DNA of 64,000 nt from Candidatus Limnocylindrales bacterium (GCA_035559535.1 DATMBG010000039.1:1-64000); one strand, 5' to 3'. Positions 39,645 through 50,142 are shown, numbered from the stretch's first letter. Notes: generated by a model not told the origin, from the sequence alone. Program-made: numbers and translations.

Positions 39645-40451
39645 TTATTCTTCGATGTATTTTTGAAAAATTATAACGGCTAAAATAAAACTTATGGCTG
39701 CTGAAGAGAAAAGTTCCAGAATATATTGACTTTCCACTCTCCCCTGCAGAAGGGCCTGCCGTGCACCCTCGAAAATCGCCGTTGTAGGGAGCAATTTAAT
39801 CAAGGGGAGGACCTCCGGCGGAAAAGAAGAGAGGGGAAAAAATAAGCCTGCCAGGAAGACCAGAGGAGTTATTACCACCCCTTGGATTTTATTGAGATCC
39901 TCTGGTCGGTCCATCACGGTTCCACACATGGTCCCCACGCAAGAAAAGATCATAGAACCCAGGAAAACAAACAGGAGATAGAACAGGAGATGGGAGACAG
40001 CAAGGGAAGAATCCTTAAACTCCCCGAAGGCAGATTCTGAGCCTGTAGAGGTTTGGAAATTTATCAGGAACAATAAAATGATGGCAACCACCATTCCTTT
40101 GATGGCACCCAGGAGAAAACCGGAAAGAATTTTGCCAATCACGATCTCGTAAACGGAGATGGGATTTACCCGGTATTCGTTAATAGTCTTCTGGACAATT
40201 CGATGGAACCATAAACTCCAGGCCCCATGGTCAAAGGCACTGGTTACGGCTGTCATGGAGACCAACCCGGGCACCATAAACGTCATATAGGGAACGCCTT
40301 CTATATCGGACAGGTACCCCTGTAACCCAAACCCAAAGGCCAGGAAGAAAGTCAGGGGTGAAACAATGGTCGGTAAAAGATCCGACGAAATATTTCGCCA
40401 ACTTACAATAAAATCTCGTTCGCAAATAGGAAAAATACCGCGCAACTCCAT
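39645..40451 (-). CDS. ABC-2 exporter permease (NodJ/DrrB-like)
   Basis: Six hydrophobic segments, FMVPGL, PI...EIV.GK, FLAGLFFPL. Confidence 0.88.
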   Translation of the reverse strand: MELRGIFPICERDFIVSWRNISSDLLPTIVSPLTFFLAFGFGLQGYLSDIEGVPYMTFMVPGLVSMTAVTSAFDHGAWSLWFHRIVQKTINEYRVNPISVYEIVIGKILSGFLLGAIKGMVVAIILLFLINFQTSTGSESAFGEFKDSSLAVSHLLFYLLFVFLGSMIFSCVGTMCGTVMDRPEDLNKIQGVVITPLVFLAGLFFPLSSFPPEVLPLIKLLPTTAIFEGARQALLQGRVESQYILELFSSAAISFILAVIIFQKYIEE

Positions 40452-40458
40452 GATTCCT

Positions 40459-41382
40459 TCAGTCTCGAATACTTCTCCCTGTTAGATGAATAAAGACATC
40501 CTCCAGGGTAGGTTCAAGACGACGGATTCCTCTAATGTATTTAATCTCAATACGTTCTATCAGGGACTTTAAATACTTTTTGTCTTTCAAATTAATCCGA
40601 ATAGAGCCATTTTCTTCATAGGAATTGTCACTGAGGGAGTATAAAAACTCTCGTTGGGAAGCATCTGGCTTGAAGTCCGGCTCAAACTCCACTTCATAGA
40701 GGTCTGATCCTTTTAAAGTTTCTTTGATGGAGGTACTGGTTCCGTCTATCAGGGCTTTGCCATGATCTAAAATTACGATCCGATCGCAGAGTTGATCCGC
40801 TTCCTCCATATAATGGGTGGTTAGAAAAATGGTTGTTTTTTCCTTTAAAGATTGAATATACTCCCACACAGCCCGTCTGGATTGGGGATCAAGTCCGGTG
40901 GTAGGTTCGTCTAGAAAAAGCACGGCCGGAGAATGTATCAGGGCCCTTGCAATGACCAGACGCCTTTGCATACCACCGGAAAATTTGTCCGGGTAGTCGT
41001 TTCTCCGATGGAAAAGGCCCATCATGTTGAGTAGATAATCGACTCTTTCGTTATATTCGGATCGGGACATCCCTTGCATTTTGGCATGGAGGGTCAGGTT
41101 CTCTCGGGCTGTTAAGTAGCGATCTAAGTTGTTTTCTTGGGGAACCACCCCGATGATCCTTCTAATTTTAATCGAATCTTTTTTAATATCATACCCATGA
41201 ATATAAGCTTCTCCCGAAGTTGGGGTCGTGATGGTCGTAAGTATTTTCACAAGGGTAGTTTTTCCGGCTCCATTGGGTCCTAACAGTCCAAAAACAGTTC
41301 CTTCTTCGATATTCAGGGAAATTCCATCGACTGCGACGATATTCTTATAAACTTTTCGTATATTTTTAAGGATGATGGCCAT
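40459..41382 (-). CDS. ABC exporter ATP-binding protein (NodI/DrrA-like)
   Basis: [43 protein letters not shown]. Start set at ATG 41382. Confidence 0.93.
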   Translation of the reverse strand: MAIILKNIRKVYKNIVAVDGISLNIEEGTVFGLLGPNGAGKTTLVKILTTITTPTSGEAYIHGYDIKKDSIKIRRIIGVVPQENNLDRYLTARENLTLHAKMQGMSRSEYNERVDYLLNMMGLFHRRNDYPDKFSGGMQRRLVIARALIHSPAVLFLDEPTTGLDPQSRRAVWEYIQSLKEKTTIFLTTHYMEEADQLCDRIVILDHGKALIDGTSTSIKETLKGSDLYEVEFEPDFKPDASQREFLYSLSDNSYEENGSIRINLKDKKYLKSLIERIEIKYIRGIRRLEPTLEDVFIHLTGRSIRD

Positions 41383-41642
41383 GATCTTATACCCATTTGG
41401 ATGGAATAAATTGTATCTTATCCATTCCCTCTGAAGAGGTTGTATCCTGGGGAGGAGCGATTCTGCATGGCCCTTACCCAGGCGGCCCTTCCCTTCTCTC
41501 TCCACCTGCGGGGAGGAAAGGAAGGAGCTATTCTTACTTTACACCCCATTTCAATACCAGCTTATTATACCTGTTACTTTTACCGGGTATTATACACGTT
41601 CATACCTCTTTACGTTGTGTCTTTCAATTAAAGTGAGGTCCG

Positions 41643-42488
41643 CTAGACTGGCTTGGTTCGTTCTATTGCACGAAAACTCAACACAAGGGTGATACCAGCG
41701 GTTAATAGAAGGAGCACAGGAATCTGTTTTGGCTCTCCAACCGCCATATGAACCTCTTCAGGAGGGGTTATTTGAGCAAGAAACAAGATAATAGAATTAT
41801 TGGTTGTATGGGCCAGCATAGCGGTCAAAATGCTTCCGGTCTTTAAAACAAGATAACCAAAGAGGATACCCAATAGGGAGGTGGGAATAAATCGATAAAT
41901 ATCTAAATGAATAATTCCAAAAAGGATCCCGGTTAGGATTACGGCTGTTTCTCTGTGAAAACCTTTCAAGAAGCCACTCAGAATAAATCCTCGAAAAAGC
42001 ATTTCTTCACAAATTCCCGGAAGAACTGCCAGAAGAAGAACACCCCAAATTAAAGATAAACCCTTAAAGTTTAGCAGAAATTCCTCCAAAAACCTTGCAT
42101 ACTCTGGAGGAGTAGGGATAAACTTTTCCTGAAGAATGGCGAATTGGGCTATAAGTATAAAGGCTGCTCCTGTCATTAAAACGGTTATACAGGCCGTCTT
42201 AAAATTTATAGGGGTCAGTCGAAAGGTTTTTCTGAAATTAAGCCGTAAACTTTTTGCATAGACCAGAGTCGGAAGGAAGATATAGAGAATCTCGGTGAGT
42301 ATCAGACCGATCTGGCGATGCCAGATTTGAAGTAAACTTCCGATCATAGCAACAAAAATCAAACAAAAAGCAAACAGGTAAAAAGCCTGTTTAGGTCCTG
42401 GAAGTTCGGCCTGGTGTAAGATTTCAGAATAAGATGTAGGCGTATAAAGGGGATCCTGATTTTCAGGGGGCAAATTCGTCTGATTCAT
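41643..42488 (-). CDS. CPBP/CAAX-Abi family intramembrane glutamic protease
   Basis: EE.LFRG, FGIIH, H.TNN motifs within transmembrane segments. Start uncertain (42488 or 42542). Confidence 0.88.
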   Translation of the reverse strand: MNQTNLPPENQDPLYTPTSYSEILHQAELPGPKQAFYLFAFCLIFVAMIGSLLQIWHRQIGLILTEILYIFLPTLVYAKSLRLNFRKTFRLTPINFKTACITVLMTGAAFILIAQFAILQEKFIPTPPEYARFLEEFLLNFKGLSLIWGVLLLAVLPGICEEMLFRGFILSGFLKGFHRETAVILTGILFGIIHLDIYRFIPTSLLGILFGYLVLKTGSILTAMLAHTTNNSIILFLAQITPPEEVHMAVGEPKQIPVLLLLTAGITLVLSFRAIERTKPV

Positions 42489-42755
42489 CGGTATTATTTT
42501 ATCAATTGGAACGATAAATTTGAAACCCACTCCTACCAACAAAGTTTATAATACAACAGTACGGCTTTTTTACCCGTACGTCAAGGAGAGGCTTTTACAA
42601 AGCGGTTTCTCTATTTTTCACATATTTCTTGCGTACGATCCCGGATGTTCTATCTTTAAGGTAGGAATCGAGTGATAGGCTGTTTTTAAACTGGCTTTAA
42701 ATTTAAAGGGCTGAATTTCATCTATATTTTTGAATCTCCAGGGAGGAGGGTTACC

Positions 42756-43175
42756 TTGGCTCATTACTGGCTTTTAAAAACAGAACCTGATGAGTATTCT
42801 TACGACGATCTCGAGAAGGACGGAAAAACTATCTGGGATGGGGTTTCCAACAATCTTGCCCTAAAGTATCTGCGACAGATTCGCCAGGGGGATCTAGCTT
42901 TTATATACCATACCGGAAATGAGAAGGCTTTGGTAGGGATTGCCGAGATTATTTCCGACCCTTATCCAGATCCATCCCGACAGAACCAGAAACTTGTGGT
43001 GGTCGACGTAAAACCCAGGGAACGGTTACCCCGGTCAGTATCCTTGGTGGAGATAAAAAACCGGCCTGAGTTTGCAGATTTTGAACTGGTTAAACTGCCG
43101 CGTCTTTCGGTAATGCCGGTGACCGAAGTTCAGTGGAAGCAACTTTTGTCTTTGGCGGGAGGAGTAGGATCATGA
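42756..43175 (+). CDS. EVE domain protein
   Basis: YWLLKTEP.EYSY.DL, WDGV.N..A, GDLAFIYHTG, RLSVMPV...W. Confidence 0.93.
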   Translation: MAHYWLLKTEPDEYSYDDLEKDGKTIWDGVSNNLALKYLRQIRQGDLAFIYHTGNEKALVGIAEIISDPYPDPSRQNQKLVVVDVKPRERLPRSVSLVEIKNRPEFADFELVKLPRLSVMPVTEVQWKQLLSLAGGVGS

Positions 43176-43732
43176 GTATAAAATGGAGAACCCTGGGATC
43201 CAGAATTGCCTATGAGAATCCCTGGTATCGTATTCGAGAAGATAGGGTTATCCGACCCGACGGGACCGAAGGGGTATATGGGGTCTTGGAGAGAGGAGCG
43301 GCGGTTCTTATGATTCCCCGGAAGGATAGCGGTGAAATTTATTTTCTCAAGGAGTATCGCTACCCCATTCAGCAGTATTCTTTTCATCTTCCAGCCGGTA
43401 CAGCCGATCCGGGAGAAAGACCGGAGATAGCGGCTCGTCGGGAACTGGAAGAGGAAACGGGAATCACGGGGAGGGTCTGGACTCCTCTGGGTCGGTTTTA
43501 CGTAGCTCCTGGTTATAGCAGTCAAATAGGATACGTTTACCTGGTTGAAAACCTGGTGGTAGGAAACAGTCATCCCGAAGGGGGAGAAGATATACAGATC
43601 GAGCTTTTTACCTTATCCGAGATTCGGAGAATGATTCAGGAAGAGATGATCTTAGATCAGCTCACCATTACGGCTATATATAAATTGGAGCTGTTCTTGC
43701 AGAGTAACAGGCAGCAGACGGTGGGCACGTAA
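43172..43732 (+). CDS. NUDIX hydrolase (ADP-ribose pyrophosphatase-like)
   Basis: EYRYP, PAG..DPGE....AARRELEEETG NUDIX box; ATGA overlap with the EVE gene. Confidence 0.92.
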   Translation: MSIKWRTLGSRIAYENPWYRIREDRVIRPDGTEGVYGVLERGAAVLMIPRKDSGEIYFLKEYRYPIQQYSFHLPAGTADPGERPEIAARRELEEETGITGRVWTPLGRFYVAPGYSSQIGYVYLVENLVVGNSHPEGGEDIQIELFTLSEIRRMIQEEMILDQLTITAIYKLELFLQSNRQQTVGT

Positions 43733-43757
43733 TACCCATCGGGTATCAAAACCCGAA

Positions 43758-43786
43758 GTAGGGGCAGGTTTCAAACCTGTCCCTAT
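43758..43786. repeat. GTAG-family REP palindrome
   Basis: GTAGGGGCAGGTTT-C-AAACCTGTCCCTAT between convergent genes. Confidence 0.8.
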
Positions 43787-43830
43787 GTAGAAACCCCGTA
43801 ATTATCCGAAGATGTGTAGACGGGTGAGAT

Positions 43831-45516
43831 TTAGGGATTTGTTTTCTGCACTGCCGTTATCTTCCAGATTACGCCTGTTTGAGGGATAGGGTTTATCCCC
43901 TGTTCGGTAATTTGAAGTACACCAAAATCCACAATGTACATGGCTCCATCGGGTCCGAATTTGACATCTATAGGTCGCTCTAAACCTCCTTCTCTGTTAC
44001 TTCTAGAGGCGGGTTTAAAGGTTGCATTGGAGACAAAAGGCATCATCTCTTCCGATTTAAAATCCACCCGAATCACGCTATATCCTGCATGGGGATATTC
44101 CTCTTCTTCCAGGTGTCTTTGTTTACCCTGATCTTCTGGATGTCCTTGGGAAGGTTCTTGCAGGTTTTGTTCATCCCGATGATCCTGGCTTTCTGGATTG
44201 GCCGGATGGCCTTGACCACCCTGGATTCCTTGACCACCTGAATACGATGGTTTGGCCTGATGCTCCTGTTTGTGCCGATTGGTACTCTGGGTAAAGGGCA
44301 ACATATCCCCGAATAGTGCAACAAACATGTCCCCTGCGAATTTACTAAAAGGTCCGGTTGCCGGCGCAAAGTCGAATTGATCGGCTGAGGAATGCAAAGG
44401 AAAGACGGCGACTAAGTTCTTATCCCTTTGAGGACTTTGAAGCCCACTGGCCGAATGGTCGATGAGAAAGGTGGGAATTTTACCTGCTTCGCCAAACCTG
44501 GGATCGGTAATCGGTAGGAGGGTGCTGCTGAAGTCCGGCCATCCGTACCATTTTCCTTCTTCTACTTTAAGAAGTACGTCGGGATCATTATTTATCGGAC
44601 GGCTTCCTCGGAAATCAAAGCCGTTTTGAGTAGCGTAAAGCTGGCCTTTTGCGTCGAATCCAATGGCAAATGGATTTCGAAATCCCCAGGCATAAACTTC
44701 CAGACCACTCCCATCTGCGTTAGCCCGATAGATGGCCCCATTACACTTTAGTTGCCCTGGAATGCGGGTGGCTCCAGCCTGACCAAAGGGTTGAAAAGCT
44801 CCGGTCGTTACTTTATCGTAAGGACTCTTTGTCAGGGGGTTCCTGCTGGTAAACTTTTGGCCCGTCAAAACAATATCTTTACAGGGAATATCGTGAGCCT
44901 GAGGATGTTTAGAAAGCCACATCCTTTGAGCATTGTCGGGTCCAACCACGCCCGAATTGGTCACGGTACCCTGTCCGAAGTACATCCGTCCTTGCCTGTC
45001 AAAAACGACTTTGCTGGTGTGATGATCCCCCTGACTGGGGAGACCTGCAATAAGCGTTTCACCCTGCCCATCCAACGTTATCCGAGAAATAACCCCAAGA
45101 TCGTTTTTATCTCGATGAGATAAATAAAGATAACCCTGGTGGTAAGTAATCCCGAGTAAGGTATTATCCAGATCGATTCCCGTAATTTTGATTTCCTCTT
45201 TAGAGCCGTCCGGGTTAATTTTTAATACCTTAGGTTTGGCCACCGGGAAGGCTCCAGACTCAGCTACGTAAATTTGTCCCTGATCATCAAAGGTGATTCC
45301 TGTAGGAAACGTCAATTTATCGGTCAGAATACCTGCTTCAAATCCCATGGAGACTTTAACCAGGTCAGATTTTCTAATCTTCCCATTTTTCTTCTCTATC
45401 ACCTGCTCTTTTCCTTTTTTATCGTCTTTCTTTTCTTCTGCAGCCATCCTCCCATAGAAAATCATACAGATCAGGGTGATACAGAGAGAAAAAATCCAGA
45501 AAGATAGACGCTTCAT
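43831..45516 (-). CDS. Secreted glucose/sorbosone dehydrogenase-family beta-propeller protein
   Basis: Signal peptide, GDHH, G.MYFGQGT.TNSG, AWGFRNPF, YGWPD, RPIDVKFGPDGAMYIVDFG. Confidence 0.85.
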   Translation of the reverse strand: MKRLSFWIFSLCITLICMIFYGRMAAEEKKDDKKGKEQVIEKKNGKIRKSDLVKVSMGFEAGILTDKLTFPTGITFDDQGQIYVAESGAFPVAKPKVLKINPDGSKEEIKITGIDLDNTLLGITYHQGYLYLSHRDKNDLGVISRITLDGQGETLIAGLPSQGDHHTSKVVFDRQGRMYFGQGTVTNSGVVGPDNAQRMWLSKHPQAHDIPCKDIVLTGQKFTSRNPLTKSPYDKVTTGAFQPFGQAGATRIPGQLKCNGAIYRANADGSGLEVYAWGFRNPFAIGFDAKGQLYATQNGFDFRGSRPINNDPDVLLKVEEGKWYGWPDFSSTLLPITDPRFGEAGKIPTFLIDHSASGLQSPQRDKNLVAVFPLHSSADQFDFAPATGPFSKFAGDMFVALFGDMLPFTQSTNRHKQEHQAKPSYSGGQGIQGGQGHPANPESQDHRDEQNLQEPSQGHPEDQGKQRHLEEEEYPHAGYSVIRVDFKSEEMMPFVSNATFKPASRSNREGGLERPIDVKFGPDGAMYIVDFGVLQITEQGINPIPQTGVIWKITAVQKTNP

Positions 45517-45798
45517 TTTCTTAAAACCTCCTGTGTAAGGGATGGAATAGAGATGGCACTTCCTCCTTAGAATCTCAAAGTTGTTTTAGATAATACCGGG
45601 CCATCCTTCCCTCTTGCCGCATTAATGGAAATAGGTAATCGGTAAGTAGTTTTGATCGCAAATTTTGTACCCTTTAGATAAGGTGAAAATTCAGGTGAGG
45701 ATCTCCGGACTTAGAAAGGGAAAAGGGTAGAATTTAACCCTTAAGTTTCCATTCATTTTTTGAGGTTTCCATCTGAGTAACGGAAAGTAAGTTACAGG

Positions 45799-48700
45799 TT
45801 AAGCCCCTTGTTTTCCTAGCTGGATAAAATCCTCCCGAATAGAGGCTACTTCCGAAGAAGTAAGAAAAACCTCCCGGAGTTCCCTGTTACTGATCTGGTC
45901 TGCCAGGGTGGTGATAGTATTAAGGGCCAGTTGATAAGTGGCAGAGGCGGAATTTGTATCATGGCGTTGGATATAAGCCCGACCCAGTAATCGGGCAATG
46001 CGCCAAATGAGAGTTGGGGAAGCCATCTCTTGAGCCAGGGTTAAGGCTTCTTGAAGTTCACGGAAACTTTCTTTTATCTGTCCATTTGCCAGAAGGATCT
46101 CTCCCTGGAGTCCTTTGGCTTCAGTCACATACTTACGAGAACCCGTATCTATAGCCAGTTTAAGACCTTGATTCAGGAGTTTTAAGGCTTTCTCAGGTTC
46201 TTGCTTCATCTTCCACAATTGACCCAATCCTACTAAAAGTCGGATTTTCCACCGCCAGCGATGGGAGCCGAAGGCTTCGCGTTCTACCCGATCCAGCGTT
46301 TCTTCCATTAAAGTACGAGCCCGATCGAGTTGTTCAAGACGGATATAATCCATTCCCAGGTTAATAAGGGAGCTGATTTCGGCATTGGAAACTTTGGCGG
46401 TACGCCCCAGCTCATAGCCCATCTGATCGTACTCAACTGCCCTGGCGACGTCTCCCAGTTCGCTGTAGAACCAACCCAGGCTATTGGTCAGGCGAGCAAT
46501 TATGAACTTGTTATTTCGTTCCTTGGCTTTTTTCATTCCCTCGTTTAGACACTCCAGGGCGAGATCCCACTCCGCTAATCCGGCATGGGCCAGGCACTGA
46601 AAGGAGAGGGCTGCAAGTTCTTGAAAACCGTCATGGACTTCCTGGGCGATACGTTCCCCTTCCTGGCAGAGTTCAATAGCCCGTCTAAATTCCCCTCGCC
46701 ATTGGGCGTGGGCACCCATCCAAACCAGATTACCCGGCATAATCCCTTTATAACCTTTATTTCGGGCGATGGCGAGGGATCTTTCGAACTTTTTGTCTCC
46801 TTCATAAAGCCGCCCCCGGGCCTGGTCGACAAGGGCGAGGGAGGTGAGGCCTCGGGCTAGAATCAAGTCATCTCCGGTCTCCTGAGCGATTTCCTGGGCC
46901 TCCCGGGCGTACTGTTGGACAAGACCCAGATCCGCTTCTGAGAATCGGAGCCAGTGGGCTTGGGCCAAATGGCAAAGAGCTTCTCCTTCCCGATGTCGGT
47001 CCCCCAGGTGTCGAGTCTGCTCCAGCATGGCTTCAAAATCCGCCACAGCCGATTCGTAATTCGTCAAAAGGATATAAACCTGCCCCCGGTTCTCATATAA
47101 GTTAATGAGCCGATCGTTTGACGGTGGGAGAGTTAATCGGTTTGCGACTTCCAGGGCCAAGGTATAAAAATGGATGGCTTCTCGATTGGCGAAGATGACC
47201 TTGGCTTTACCTCCGGATTTAATGGCATAATGAAAGACTTTCTCCCAGACTTCCCCTTGGGAGAAATGATGAACTAACTCTTCATAATGCTCTTCCAGAC
47301 GGTCTTGATATAATTCCTCGATGGCGTATCCTACCGCTCGATGGAGTTCCTTCCGCCGCTTGACTAAGAGACTGTTATAAGCCACATCTTGAATTACGGC
47401 ATGTTTGAAAACATAGGCCGGCTCGGTGAGGAATCCCTGTTCATAGATGATTTCCAGGGCTTTCAATTCCGACAGAAGCCCTTCCAGCTGACTGGTAAGT
47501 CCGGAAATCCGTTCCAGGAGACGTACCAGAAACTGCCGACCGATCACCGAAGCATGCTGTACGATACGTTTCCCATCCTCCCCCAGGCGGTCTAAGCGGG
47601 CCATGATGATCCCCTGGATGGTATCCGGTACGCTCACCTCTGTAATTCCCTTCACCATGCGATAACTTCCATTCTCCCGTTTTAGGATACCCAAATCCAG
47701 AAGGGTTTTAGTCACTTCTTCAACGAAGAGGGGAACTCCCTCTGTCTTTTCCATGAGGGCTGCCCTGACCTCTTCCGGGAACTGTTGAGTCCCAAGGACA
47801 TGTCCGGCTATGGCCAGTACCTCCGCCTCTGACAGATTATGAAGTGTTAAGGTGGTATGAAAACTCCGGCTTCCGAACGGTGGGGTATATCCAACCCGAT
47901 AGGTCAGGATGAGCATCAGGGGGATCCCTGCCACCGAATCCATGAGGAAACTTAGATATTCTTCGGTGCTGGTATCGATCCAGTGAAGATCTTCGAAAAC
48001 CAGGACGATGGGGCGGAAGCTAGTCCCTCGGAGGATGAGGGCCCGCAGGGCATCGAATATTTTCTTCCGGCGCGTTAAGGGATCCATAGACCGGATAGCC
48101 GAATCGCCCGGGTCTACCGAAAGTAGATATCGAATATAGGGAATATGCGTTTCCAGCTCTTTCAGGCGACGCATGCCCTGTTCTACTTTAGCAATGACTT
48201 CAGGTTCACCATCCCCCTCTTCAATACCAAAGTTCTCTCGAAGCTGATCCATCAGGGGAAGGAACGGGATGGATTGTCCAAAGGAAATACATCGTCCTTC
48301 CAGCCATGTGACCTGCTCACCCTGTTTAACCAGTTTTTGGCGAAGTTCAAAGATAAGACGAGATTTACCGATGCCGGCCTCTCCGGCAATAAAGACGACT
48401 TGACCTTGTCCTCCTTTTACCTGCTGGAATCGATCCTCAAGGGTTGCCAACTCCAAATCCCGCCCGGTGAGGGGAGTCACTCCGTGCTCTGCAACCACTG
48501 CAAAATGAGTCCGCCGCCTTCGCGCCCGAATAACCTCAAAAACCCTTACCGGAGTTGTATGCCCCTTTACTTGAACCTCGCCTAGATCCAAGGTTTCGAA
48601 AAAGCTCGAGACCAGCTTGTAGGTTACCTCGCTGATAAATACGCCTCCGGGGCGTGCCATCTGCTGGAGTCGTGCTGCGAGATTCGTCGTATCCCCCACC

Positions 48701-49362
48701 GCCGTGTAGTCCATACGAAGATCATCCCCAATCTTTCCTACAACTACAATCCCTGTGTTCAATCCGATCCGCATTTGCAGTCCAAATCCACGCTGTACTT
48801 GAAGTTCTTGGGAAAAGTCCTGGATAGACCGTTGGATGCTCAGTGCCGCATGTACTGCTCGACGTGGACTATCCTCATGGGCAATAGGGGCACCGAATAA
48901 CGCCATGACGCCGTCTCCAGTGTATTGGTTAATCGTTCCTTCGAAGCGATGAACTTCGGCTGTGATGAACTCAAAGCAATGATCTATAATCTCATGAACA
49001 ACCTCAGGATCCAACTTCTCGGCAAGGGCCGTAAAACCGGCTATGTCTGCAAAGAGGACTGTAACCTGGCGGCGCTCCCCTTCTAGAGCCGAACGCGCCG
49101 TAAGGATTTTATTGGCCAGATGTTGGGGAGTGTAATTCTTGATTTTTACTTCCCGAAGGTGAGAAATGGGGTCCTTCTCGGTAGAAACCTTCTCTTTCCG
49201 TGGCTCCGGACTTTCCAGTGGAGTTCCACATTGTCCACAAAACTTAAACGCAGGTGGATTCTCAGCGCCACATTGCGGACAAAAAAATCCCAACCTGGCT
49301 CCACACCCCCCACAGAATTTCATGGTAGGAGGGTTATCAAATTGACACTGTAAACATTTCAT
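45799..49362 (-). CDS. Double zinc ribbon - class III nucleotide cyclase - STAND/AAA ATPase - TPR protein
   Basis: Four CxxC motifs, LFADIAGFT, GDGVMALFG, NLAARL, GEAGIGKS, FEDLHW, G.PLF.EE, YVFKHA, helical repeats. Confidence 0.9.
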   Translation of the reverse strand: MKCLQCQFDNPPTMKFCGGCGARLGFFCPQCGAENPPAFKFCGQCGTPLESPEPRKEKVSTEKDPISHLREVKIKNYTPQHLANKILTARSALEGERRQVTVLFADIAGFTALAEKLDPEVVHEIIDHCFEFITAEVHRFEGTINQYTGDGVMALFGAPIAHEDSPRRAVHAALSIQRSIQDFSQELQVQRGFGLQMRIGLNTGIVVVGKIGDDLRMDYTAVGDTTNLAARLQQMARPGGVFISEVTYKLVSSFFETLDLGEVQVKGHTTPVRVFEVIRARRRRTHFAVVAEHGVTPLTGRDLELATLEDRFQQVKGGQGQVVFIAGEAGIGKSRLIFELRQKLVKQGEQVTWLEGRCISFGQSIPFLPLMDQLRENFGIEEGDGEPEVIAKVEQGMRRLKELETHIPYIRYLLSVDPGDSAIRSMDPLTRRKKIFDALRALILRGTSFRPIVLVFEDLHWIDTSTEEYLSFLMDSVAGIPLMLILTYRVGYTPPFGSRSFHTTLTLHNLSEAEVLAIAGHVLGTQQFPEEVRAALMEKTEGVPLFVEEVTKTLLDLGILKRENGSYRMVKGITEVSVPDTIQGIIMARLDRLGEDGKRIVQHASVIGRQFLVRLLERISGLTSQLEGLLSELKALEIIYEQGFLTEPAYVFKHAVIQDVAYNSLLVKRRKELHRAVGYAIEELYQDRLEEHYEELVHHFSQGEVWEKVFHYAIKSGGKAKVIFANREAIHFYTLALEVANRLTLPPSNDRLINLYENRGQVYILLTNYESAVADFEAMLEQTRHLGDRHREGEALCHLAQAHWLRFSEADLGLVQQYAREAQEIAQETGDDLILARGLTSLALVDQARGRLYEGDKKFERSLAIARNKGYKGIMPGNLVWMGAHAQWRGEFRRAIELCQEGERIAQEVHDGFQELAALSFQCLAHAGLAEWDLALECLNEGMKKAKERNNKFIIARLTNSLGWFYSELGDVARAVEYDQMGYELGRTAKVSNAEISSLINLGMDYIRLEQLDRARTLMEETLDRVEREAFGSHRWRWKIRLLVGLGQLWKMKQEPEKALKLLNQGLKLAIDTGSRKYVTEAKGLQGEILLANGQIKESFRELQEALTLAQEMASPTLIWRIARLLGRAYIQRHDTNSASATYQLALNTITTLADQISNRELREVFLTSSEVASIREDFIQLGKQGA

Positions 49363-49604
49363 GATCCCTCTTAAACACTTATCGGATATTCTCTATCCCT
49401 TTATTCTATCCCATATGAAAAGTCAAGTTAATTTTCTCCTTTTGAAATGTTCCCCCCAGGAGTCCCTATTCCCCTTGACAACTCTCCTCTGGATAGTGTA
49501 AGTTCGTGGTATAAGATTTTCTATACAAATTTTAGGCCCACTTTTTTTATATCTTATCTTGGCATAGGCATTCTAATTTTAGTTTTATCATTTGGAGGTA
49601 AACT

Positions 49605-50141
49605 GTGCAGGCAGAGGGATGGAATGAAATTTTTAAGAAGCTTCTTGAAAATAGAATTGTCTCCGACAAGATAGCCACACTTCAGAGTAAAAAGGAGACC
49701 GATGAACCAGAATTTGCGATCATCGATCTGTCCGAATCAGATTTTCCAGATTTGTATAAATTCATCCAGGACAAAAGAGATTTGGTTCTTTCCATTTCCT
49801 ACACTAAGACGGAGGTGAAAAATCCCCGGATTCTTTACAGGCTGGTGGAGAGAAAAAAAGGAAAACCATCACAACCCTATTACTTTCCGGCGTTTGATTA
49901 TTCTAAAGAACCTCCTGCCGGGCTTTTAAATGTTTTGACCAGTTCGCAGGATAGATTACTGGATCAGATAGAAAAGCAAATCATAGAATTTATGGGGTTA
50001 GCTCTTACCGAACTTCACCTGCCTCCCACTAACAGTTATATCCGAAGATTCGAGCATCAACTGGCTTCAAAATTTGGCTTGCAGAGTTCTTCAGAAGGGG
50101 AGGGTCGGAATCGACATGTGGTTATTCGTAAGAATCCCTGA
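49605..50141 (+). CDS. R3H domain protein (putative ss-nucleic-acid binding)
   Basis: C-terminal LPP.NSYIRRFEHQL...GL.S.SEGEG.NRHVVI (RxxxH); GTG start after GGAGG. Confidence 0.75.
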   Translation: MQAEGWNEIFKKLLENRIVSDKIATLQSKKETDEPEFAIIDLSESDFPDLYKFIQDKRDLVLSISYTKTEVKNPRILYRLVERKKGKPSQPYYFPAFDYSKEPPAGLLNVLTSSQDRLLDQIEKQIIEFMGLALTELHLPPTNSYIRRFEHQLASKFGLQSSSEGEGRNRHVVIRKNP

Positions 50142-50142
50142 A

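Noticed and set aside
41383-41636. ABC ATPase N-terminal extension and overlapping short ORFs
   Set aside because: The region contains a hairpin (~41488-41527) and AT-rich spacer; ABC similarity starts at 41382.
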